Shown piece by piece: positions 54,401 to 64,000 of a stretch of DNA of 64,000 nt (the stretch's first letter is position 1; every line of letters starts with the position of its first letter). The notes beneath the pieces are model-generated. The model saw only the letters and a list, made by a program, of their open reading frames with translations. It had not been told where the DNA came from and did not search any database. The DNA is from Eledone cirrhosa (Eukaryota), in assembly GCA_964016885.1 (NCBI GenBank), contig OZ024745.1, forward strand, positions 125,426,001 to 125,490,000, written 5' to 3'. The translations under genes and the position numbers were made by a program.

Positions 54401-54854
54401 TATATAAAGTCTAAAGTCTGTCTTAAGCCAAAAGGCTCGTTTAGCCGGTGCTCATCCCGGTTTCATGGCAGATTTCTGGGGCCATATGCCAGAAATTATT
54501 TCTGGTGATTATGCTGCTCATTTGTTCAATGTCATATATGTAATGTTATGCAAAGTAATATAGATATCACATAATATGAGGGCTACAGCCTGTTGATATC
54601 CATCACACCCATAATTGTAATTGGTGAAGGGTGGTTGTTGTTTTGCTGAAAGGATGCATTTGAATTTTCATTGATGTCTTATATAGTATGTCCCTTGTGG
54701 TTGGAGTTAACTGTAAGATTATGGTTTGCCTTTACTTGAGTTTATAGTTAGCATGGGTTAGGTGGAGACTTGGTTTTGTTCAACTTAAGGTAATTGACAC
54801 TCTTAGTTATATATAGATATAAATGTTGACAACGTTATAGTAGGCACTACAGAT

Positions 54855-55263
54855 GTCGTGGTCATCCACTGTAGCCAAGAAAGTCCCTGGTCATGACAGA
54901 CCTCCGTACCACCAGATTGTAGTTTCTGCGGCCAAGTGAGTGGGACCGTCACTGTGCACTGGCCCTCCCACTATAAACCTTTCCCGCACAGGTTTCTTCT
55001 TTAGCGTGCACGCCTAAAGCCCTGCGGCAATGGGCAAGAAGTGGAGGTAACCTCTGGGAGTTGCAGAGGTCACTGAGGCCTGTGAAAGGAGGAGAAAGGC
55101 ATCAGCAGCTGCCCCAAGCGACTCCGGTCTCTTCCCTTGCCCCCACTGTCCCCGGACCTGCAAGTCAAGGATTGGCCTCCACAGCCACCTTCGTGCCCAC
55201 AGCAGACGGGAACAACAATGAAGAAGATGTCATCCATCGTTTATAATGGACAACCAAGAGAAG
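54855..55263 (+). mobile_element. Short non-autonomous RTE (BovB-like) derivative: 5'-UTR-like part plus ORF 3' end
   Basis: 55075-55221 reads EACERRRKASAAAPSDSGLFPCPHCPRTCKSRIGLHSHLRAHSRREQQ*; 3' end ggacaaccaagagaaga. Confidence 0.65.
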
Positions 55264-55904
55264 ATAAACTTTTAAGGAACAAAACCTGTCTCAGAGTGTT
55301 TACCAAGTGTATGTTTTGCAATATGGCATGTGCACCTAATTTAGTCTGGACATATGCAAATGCAGAAAACAGGTGCAACTGCAACTTGTCATAAACTGCA
55401 TTTGCTTCTTCAGCAGACGATGAAATAAGGATGGAATCTTGCTTATCGAATGTAAGATGTGATAGGACAACTAGGAGGAAAGGACTATCAGCAGCAGGTT
55501 GTGACATCACATGGGGAAGAAGGAGTTCTTCTTTGCCATAGGACAGAACTTTAATGGTGGCAAAAATTGAAGTAGAATATATTTCAAATCGGTAGCCATA
55601 AAATTAGATCACTACCAATTTGTGAAAAATAAAGTAAAAGAGAATTGTACAGAAACATAGAGGTATACAATTTACTTACGTTACTGGTTGTCTGTTAACT
55701 GGGAGAAAATACATATATGTGGATGAGGTTATAGTATCAACTATAATCTCACTTGCACACATTACACACTCAATGAATTATGAAAATATATATATATATA
55801 TCAATGATATTAATAAATGGAAATTATATTTATACTATCCAAATGGAACTTGAACCATTAGGATCTGATTCCTGGGCATGTCACTATTTATAAAACAAAC
55901 TTTG

Positions 55905-55945
55905 TATTTTATCTGATGAGGGCGTACCAAAGTTTTAATAGAATA
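55905..55945 (+). ncRNA. HHR family A relic, internally deleted
   Basis: tattttat-CTGATGA-gggcgtaccaaagtttt joined directly to aatagaata; 3' stem II and GAAA missing. Confidence 0.55.
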
Positions 55946-56263
55946 AATATGGTTTTATAAATATAGTTTCCATTTATTAATATCATTGTTATTATACTCC
56001 AGAAAATTTGTTGAGTGCTTCGAATCTGTTATAAATATATTTGTTGAATTACCAATAAATTAAATATACCTTTGCTTATATATAATATTCAGCAAGGTTT
56101 TGCACAATTTCTTCTGTCGTTCAAATTTTACTGACAAGCTATTAATCAACCCAATGTTACTTTAAAATACAACTGCCTAGTGTGCCATGCTGTAAGATTA
56201 AACCTAGAAACTTATTTCCTCTGCGTGAGGAAACCATATGTTAGTTATTATAACTATATATAC

Positions 56264-56297
<34 letters not shown>

Positions 56298-57035
56298 GAA
56301 AATGTTTAACCCCGATGGCAGAGCTCAAGCTGTTTTGACGGCTAGTTCTGGACTAAATTAGAATTTTTAGTGTATTAATAAATAGCCAAACTTTTCAAGG
56401 GGTAATTAAAATGTTAATAAATTGAGATTAAAAGATAATAAATAAATTTAAAAAAAATAAATAAAAATAATAAAATTAAATTGTAAAAAGTAATAAAACA
56501 ATCTCTTTTATTACTTTTTACTATTTAATTTAATTTAATTTTTTTTTTTTTAAATTTATTTATTATCTTTTAATCTCAATTTATTAACCTTTTAATTCTA
56601 TTATGTCCCACTCACAAATTCCTCCAGAATCCTTTTTCGCCTGCTTCCTAACTAGCCTAATTTCATACACACTCCTTAGAATTTGCTGTATAGAATTCAC
56701 TTTCAAAGCTTGACCGGCTCCACGCACTCCCTCATTGTCCTACAGGCAAGTTCAGCCACCCCAGCTCCCACCCAGTCATGAAAGACTTAATTGTGTTTGC
56801 AAGAAATTTTGACCAATCCTTTTGACAACTACAATCTTCCCATATAAGGAATTACCCCTTGAAAAGTTCAGCTATTTATTTCCACGCTAAAAATTCTAAT
56901 TTTGTCCAGAAATAGCTGTTGAAATGGCTTGTGTTCTGCCGTCCATTTTCCTATTACCCACTCTACTACCCTAAGTATTGAGTACTCTGGAGCATTATGG
57001 TCCATCTGGTTCCTTACCACACTTCCTTTGTTATA
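56298..57035. mobile_element. Family D element in inverted arrangement (56298-56408 vs 56850-56942) with nested AT-rich palindrome centred near 56501
   Basis: Reverse-complement matches read directly. Confidence 0.7.
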
Positions 57036-58235
57036 TATATATCTATATCTGTTAGAACACGAAAAGTGTGAAACACAGAATGTTCACTTTTCGTGTTCTA
57101 ACATATATGCCTAGCTTCTTTAAAAATTTTTCGGGGATAGCCGTGGTGGTGATCGTATGTGATTGGCTAATTTTCAACCAATCAGAGTACCTCTCTCTAT
57201 ATCTCTTCCACTGTTACTTACGCCTGTTTCTCTCTATCTGTTCCGTCTCTATTTATATCTCTTACTCTTTCGCTTTGCACTCCTCCCCTTCAATACCATC
57301 TCTCCCCCTCTCTATATATTTGTTACTCTATCGCTGCACGCTCCTCTCCTTCAATATATCAATTACACACGCTTTACACTCCTTTATCCCCAGCGCCCCT
57401 ATATATACACCCCCTCTCCCGCATCTATATTTTAATGTACCGTTGCACCGTGAATACATGTGTCTATATATATATATACATATATATTGTATATACACAT
57501 TCATGTATGTGTATACACACTCATGTATGTATATACACTGGTTTTATGTGTGTATTGTAAATTTGTACTGTTAAAACACGAAACTAACATTCGATTGACA
57601 CTTTGATTACCTGTACAGGCAATAGTTATTAGAATGCTGTTGAAGTGTGTATATATTTTTGGGGGACATCCTGTATATACACACATTATATATAATACAA
57701 TAAACAGATAAATACACACATATATATATGAGCTTATTTAATTATAAATATTGTGAATTTTTAACTCAGTTCAATTATATATATAAATGGCTTCTACAGG
57801 ACTAGAACTGTTTCATTCGAAAGAAATCATCATAATATTGAGAGGGGGGACTAGATAAAATATTTCAAATCAAATGTGTATAAGTTATAAGTTAAAATGT
57901 ATAAATAGAGACGATAGTGGAGGTATATCTGTTTAGTGGAACAGTAGACGATAGAATTAAATACAGACGATAATCTCCCTTTAATGAAACAGCAGACGAT
58001 AGAATTAAGGCAATTTAAATTTTAAGCATTTGCATTTTTGCCTTTCATCGTTACGGGGTCGATAAAATAAAGTACCAGTAATACACTGTCACTAGACGAC
58101 TTTCAAATTGAATTGTTGGTTCCATTTCTTTAGTATTTTCAATTGTAGTTATCTACTTAAAAAGCGTTACACGGTTAGAGACATAATTCGTAAGTTATAT
58201 CTTCCCTATTAAACCATTGCATTATTTCGCCTACA

Positions 58236-58421
58236 GGGCGGTGAATTGGCAGTATCGGTAGAGGGTTGGACGCCATGCTTTCTAGCATAGTTACGTCCCT
58301 TTACAGTCTGAGTTCAAATCCCGCCGAGGTTAACTTTGCCTTTCATCCTTACGGGGTCGATAAAATAAAGTACCAGTAATGTACTGGGTAATTTGCTGGC
58401 CTTGTGCCTAAAGTAGAAACA
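58236..58421 (+). mobile_element. Full-length S1 SINE with 15-bp TSD
   Basis: A box tggcagtatcgg, B box gagttcaaatcc; TSD attatttcgcctaca at 58221-58235 and 58422-58436. Confidence 0.92.
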
Positions 58422-58645
58422 ATTATTTCGCCTACAATAGAACAAAAATGAAATGTTCTTTAAAGAAACAGGAATATAACTTTATAAAAAAAAAAGTTGC
58501 ATCCGCTTCTTTTATCATTGATAATTTTTTCGTTTTAATATTAATTGTTTTTTGCAGTTGTTTATATTAAAAATCTTACTGTAATATTTACTTAAACGAA
58601 GGCAAACATCTAAACTTATAGATTAATCTTGAGCGAAGGACTAGA

Positions 58646-58735
<90 letters not shown>

Positions 58736-59852
58736 AACGAAGAATGATAAAATTTCAAGCAAAGAGTTTAATTAGGTATATTTTGTAATATTATTAACTA
58801 ATTATTATAATTAACGCGCATATTTTGCTATCCTCAAACACGTTTACACATGGCATGAAATATAACTAATCCGAGATGGCTAGGTTTCATCTTCTAACTG
58901 GATAAACGAAATCCATTATGTCTTGACAACAACATGAGGTAACATTATGTTATTCACAGACACACTTTGTACACTGTTCCATATCAGAATGTATTTCCTT
59001 CGTCACATTCACAAACAGTATTGAAAATATGTTCTTCGGCAAATAAAAATGTTTTGTTCATAATATTTCAACTAGCGATTGCTCTACTCCACGCACGACC
59101 ACCATAAATTAATGACCAGCTCAACACAAGTATTGGTAGAGCGTCAGACACCATGCTTTGCAGTATTGTTATGGTCCTTTGCATTCTAAGTTCAAATCCT
59201 GCCGAGGTTAACTTCGACTTTCATACTTACTAATTCGATAAAATAAAGTACCAGTAATGGACTGCCGTAATGGATTTGTGCCGAAAAATAGAAACACTAT
59301 TAATGTGCAATAAGAGCAAAATATAACGACATTGCTCAATTATTTTATCTAATGTTGTAATAACACAAGGAAATGTTGTTTGTGTATTTTTTTTTATATT
59401 TGCTCATAGGCTTTTACAATTTCGCTCAGCCAACAACTATTAAAAAGTGAGTTGCTTAAGATAACAATTTAATCACAAATTGTTGCTATCTTTTAATACA
59501 CTCCAACAAGTCATCAAATTATGTACAATAAAAACAAATCTTATTAATTTGCTCAGGGAATATAAAGAAAATGTATATACACTGATAATTGCAATTGTAT
59601 GTAAATATTTTGTTTTTGTATTGTATATTTTATGTTTTCTATTATGTATAATATATTGATTTAATATTGATTGTTTTTTGTAGTTGTTTATATTAAAAGT
59701 CTGAAAATATTTTTATACATCTTACACTAATATTTATAAGATAATTTATAATAACAATTACATAATCTAATTACATTACAACGATAATTTATTATTAATA
59801 TATATCCTGTTTAACTAGAGTTATTACAAGCGTTGCCTTAAAAAAATATTAA

Positions 59853-60809
59853 ACTAGACATGAAAAATGCGCAAGCTCAAAAGTGCCACAGAATGTTATA
59901 ATAAACCTTCAAAAGTGTGGGACTAGAGTTGTTGCTAAAAAATATTGTAATCATTATATATCGTACATTCTGTGGCATCCTTTATAAAAATAGCTTAAAC
60001 CAACGAAGCCTTTATTTTTACGCTATTTCACTTAGTTAATTCTTAGAGTGTAACATATAAAAATAAATACATCTATGTTTAATGTAATAACAGCTATAAA
60101 TAATTACGTAATATTATTATCATATACTCATAGTAACAAAATAATTGTGTTGAAACTTAATATGATGCTTATATGAACGATCAAATCTATAATGATAATT
60201 TCTTAAATATACTAATAGTAAAATAATTTAGTTATCTATTGTTACATTTTCATAGAACTATAATATTAACAATCGTATTGCATTATCAAATTTTTATCAC
60301 TACAAACTTTCATATTGAAATTACCTTAAGCCACTTATTATTACTTCGCTTTCGTACTTTTACAGCTGTAGATATTGCGCTGTATCTTATATCTAATATC
60401 AATATCTCGTGGTAATTTGCATGAAGTGTAAAATAGGTTTATTAATAACTTTAATATGAAATGTATTATACAGGGCTGCGGAGTCGGTCAAAAATTGACT
60501 GGCTCCAACTCAGGATCCGATACTCCATTATTTCCTAAATTTCAGCTCCGCAGCTCTGTTATTATATTAATTAATTTATTTTATAGTTGTAAATCATATT
60601 TTTATATGTTACACTCTAAGAATTAACTAAGTGAAATAGCGTAAAAATAAAGGCTTCGTTGGTTTAAGCTATTTTTATAAAGGATGCCACAGAATGTACG
60701 ATATATAATGATTACAATATTTTTTAGCAACAACTCTAGTCCCACACTTTTGAAGGTTTATTATAACATTCTGTGGCACTTTTGAGCTTGCGCATTTTTC
60801 ATGTCTAGT
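59853..60809. repeat. About 210-bp near-perfect inverted repeat with about 530-bp spacer
   Basis: actagacatgaaaaatgcgc..gtaacatataaaaata (59853-60064) versus 60598-60809. Confidence 0.9.
60471..60558. mobile_element. 88-bp hAT-like MITE
   Basis: TIR cagggctgcggag / ctccgcagctctg; near-TSD gtattata / ttattata. Confidence 0.65.
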
Positions 60810-60818
60810 ATATATATA

Positions 60819-60856
<38 letters not shown>

Positions 60857-60921
60857 AGAAGAAAAGAAAAATCCTGAAAGAAAGACAGAGTATTTTTGAA
60901 ATGTATAAAATGTGTACTAAC

Positions 60922-61072
60922 GATGTTTCTTCTTTGGACAGTGTTGGATTTGGCATTTTCTACGTATAATTGGTTTTGTAGCAGGGTCACATTCTTCAGT
61001 AGGCTGGCGTGATGCAATATCAAGGCATTTCACAAGACGAATCTGGTCACCAGTTCCACAGGTTTTGGTACA
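60922..61072 (-). CDS. Exon encoding a thrombospondin type-1 repeat of an ADAMTS/ADAMTS-like protein
   Basis: tcatttccttAG acceptor, GTtagt donor, 151 nt: CTKTCGTGDQIRLVKCLDIASRQPTEECDPATKPIIRRKCQIQHCPKKKH, with ADAMTS-type CxxTCGxGxQxRxVxC..C..KP....C....CP spacing. Confidence 0.88.
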
Positions 61073-61248
61073 CTAAGGAAATGAGAAGAGCATTCATTTT
61101 AAAAAGCAATCTAAAACACAAATTAACAAGATGTAAATACACAATCAAAGTATAATCTATTGCACATCTCTCTCACTCTTTCTCTCTCTCTCTCTCTCTC
61201 ATTTTTAAATATATATATACATCTATATATATATATATATATATATAT

Positions 61249-61450
61249 ATAGGAACAAGTAAGACCCCGACGGCTGAGCTCAAGCCGTTTTGACGGCTAA
61301 TTCTGTACTGCAGTACAGAATTAGCCGTCGAAACGGCTTGAGCTCAGCCGTCGGGGTCTTACTTGTTCCTATTACCCACTCCACTACCCTAAGTATTGAG
61401 TACTTTGGTGCGTTATGGTCCACCTGGTTCCTTACCACATTTTCTTCATT
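61249..61450. mobile_element. Family D element with about 125-bp fold-back palindrome
   Basis: ataggaacaagtaagacccc..ctgtactgcagtacag..ggggtcttacttgttcctat. Confidence 0.75.
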
Positions 61451-61536
61451 ATATATATATATATATAGATATAGATATATATATATATACATCTATATAC
61501 ATATATATATACATACATCTATATACATATATATAT

Positions 61537-61582
<46 letters not shown>

Positions 61583-61621
61583 ATATTAAATAAATGGAAA
61601 CTATATTTATAAAACCATATT

Positions 61622-61682
61622 TACTCTATTATATATATTTCAAGGGTACCAAAACTTTGGTACGCACTCATCAGATAAAATA
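61622..61682 (-). ncRNA. HHR family A
   Basis: tattttat-CTGATGA-gtgcgtacca-aagttt-tggtaccctt-GAAA-tatata-TA-atagagta. Confidence 0.75.
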
Positions 61683-61780
61683 CAAAGTTTGTTTTATAAA
61701 TATAGACATATCCAGGAAGAAGGTCTTAATGGTTCAAGTTTTTCCAGGAAAAACTTGAACCATTAAAATATCCCTTTTGC

Positions 61781-61807
<27 letters not shown>

Positions 61808-61811
<4 letters not shown>

Positions 61812-62095
61812 GAGATATCCATGGTAAGTTGTGGGGTCGTCTAGTCTGCATGAAGAACTCAATGTAATCTATATGTTGAAAATGTTATAGGTTCAAATAA
61901 ATCCCAGAAAACAATAAAACAGCTGGTGATATACAGGTAAGTAAATATTTTCCTTATCTGATATTTTGTAACAAACCTTACATAGATCGATAACGAAGTA
62001 TTGTTACGATATATTATCATCACCTAGAAACGATCGTAAACCAGTGAAATATATTTCTAATGACTTGAATTTTTATTTCATTGTTTTAACTTATA
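61808..62095. mobile_element. Family B element with inversion; HHR (61916-62046) lacks its 5' core
   Basis: 61808-61921 matches 10195-10301; 61916-62095 matches 17669-17848. Confidence 0.75.
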
Positions 62096-62139
62096 TATAT
62101 ATATCGCTTTTAGCTTTTCCGATTATGTATTTATATATT

Positions 62140-62800
62140 TACTCTTGTAGCAACAAATATGACCTTTCCCGATATAAGGTATGACTCTCTTTGTTTATTT
62201 GTTAGATGAATATTGATTGTTTGTTCTTATATCTCATTCTGCTATTTTGCCCGAGAAAATATCTATATGTGTCATAAAGCGGTGAACACATGGTTATTTT
62301 TTCATATCCAATTGAGTTCTCAGCACGTGGCTTGAATTCTTGTCAGAGTTCAACGACCTGCGCATGTATTGTTTTTGGTGGTAGCCTCTTTCCACCCATT
62401 TTTGGGACAGTGTGAGATTTTCTTTAGAACTGCTGGACTAACAACCTAGCAGTCCCCTCAAGCACTGATGGTGATTATCGCTAGATATTGATGTTGATTT
62501 GGTTATCAATACTAATATTATTGGGTACCCACTGAGATTTATAAGTGCCTTCTTGAATAAGTATCTGTTGATCTTATACAAGCTTCTACATAACTTGGTA
62601 TAATTTCACACAACTTTTAGAAATCTTATAGTGAAATGAGTCGTCTGGGAAATGATATATTTGATATATCTCATATGAAATAATACAGCCAATAATCCAC
62701 ACAATACAATATAGTTAACACCCCAAACATTTAATTGGGAATATACTCAGGTATTTCCTAATGTTTGTTGAGTGAGTTGGAATTTGGCCGGAGTATCGAT
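62140..62800 (-). pseudogene. Degraded PLE thumb/endonuclease remnant
   Basis: Weak: NLSGYP thumb-like and PYIG motifs; bounded by direct repeat ttttagcttt(c)tccgattatgtatttatata. Confidence 0.35.
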
Positions 62801-62848
62801 TTTAGCTTTCTCCGATTATGTATTTATATATATATATATATATATATA

Positions 62849-63297
62849 TTTCGTTTCTGAATTTTTTTAGCAAGATTCTTTATCTGAATTCGTGTGTTGA
62901 AACCGATATTGTTATACTTTGGGAGGGTCATGTTGCCAATAAGAAACACACGCACCAATTGCTTTCACTCCAATTTATTATAAATAAAATTTATAAATTT
63001 AAGAATTTATAAATTTCTGGTTGGTTGGTTGGTTGGTTCCACAACCAGACGATTGATCATATATTGTAAAAGTTCTTTCGTCACACATTCTGTGACCTCT
63101 TCAGTGACTGGGGCTTCTTTTCTTTGTTTTTGTGCCTCTCCTTTGTTCTGTCCTAAAACAAGATGGCGTAGGACAGAACAATGGAGAGGCAGAAATTTAT
63201 AAATTCTTAAATTTATAATTTAATTTATAATAAATTGGAGTGAAAGCAACTGGTGCGTGTGTTTCTTATTGGCAACATGACCCTCCAAAGCATAACA

Positions 63298-63300
<3 letters not shown>
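62849..63300 (-). mobile_element. Solo family C pseudo-LTR with inverted 3' piece; degenerate HHR at 63065-63109
   Basis: High identity to 12156-12455; CTGAAGA-g-gtcaca-gaatg-tgtgac-GAAA-gaac retained, stem I 3' arm mutated. Confidence 0.8.
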
Positions 63301-63950
<650 letters not shown>

Positions 63951-64000
63951 TAAATTACCGAGAATCATATTTCGGCTATTGGAAATTAGCGAAAAACAAC

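Noticed and set aside
55241-55510. 89-aa ORF as the next ADAMTS exon
   Set aside because: No TSP1 or PLAC cysteine pattern in the frames checked
58236-58330. tRNA gene
   Set aside because: The A and B boxes belong to a SINE head with TSD; no complete cloverleaf
63955-64000. HHR 3' half on the minus strand (gcta..tagc-c-GAAA-tatg)
   Set aside because: No 5' core visible before the window edge and no proper UH site

Overview
AT-rich, repeat-saturated animal genomic DNA. The SINE types, RTE/Tx1/R4 LINE remnants and very dense (TA)n point to a mollusc, probably an octopus-like cephalopod (inference, no search run). Almost all ORF-track entries are microsatellite artefacts. Real content: one clear minus-strand exon encoding a thrombospondin type-1 repeat of an ADAMTS/ADAMTSL-type gene (60922-61072, missed by the ORF track); several Penelope-like elements (PLEs; RT plus GIY-YIG); RTE, Tx1/L1, R4/Dong and CR1 fragments; two tRNA-derived SINE families; and hAT and Tigger-like MITEs. 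The main hidden signal is a set of about 15-20 type I hammerhead ribozyme (HHR) motifs from at least five well-supported PLE pseudo-LTR families (A, B, C, E, F) plus weaker candidates. They sit beside (TA)n tracts and are often arranged as fold-back palindromes. Several carry the compensatory U3-A8 core (UUGAAAA instead of CUGANGA), one family has a >100-nt stem II extension, and three families share a C-C mismatch at stem II position 4. Folds were derived by eye, self-cleavage is untested, and family letters are my own labels.
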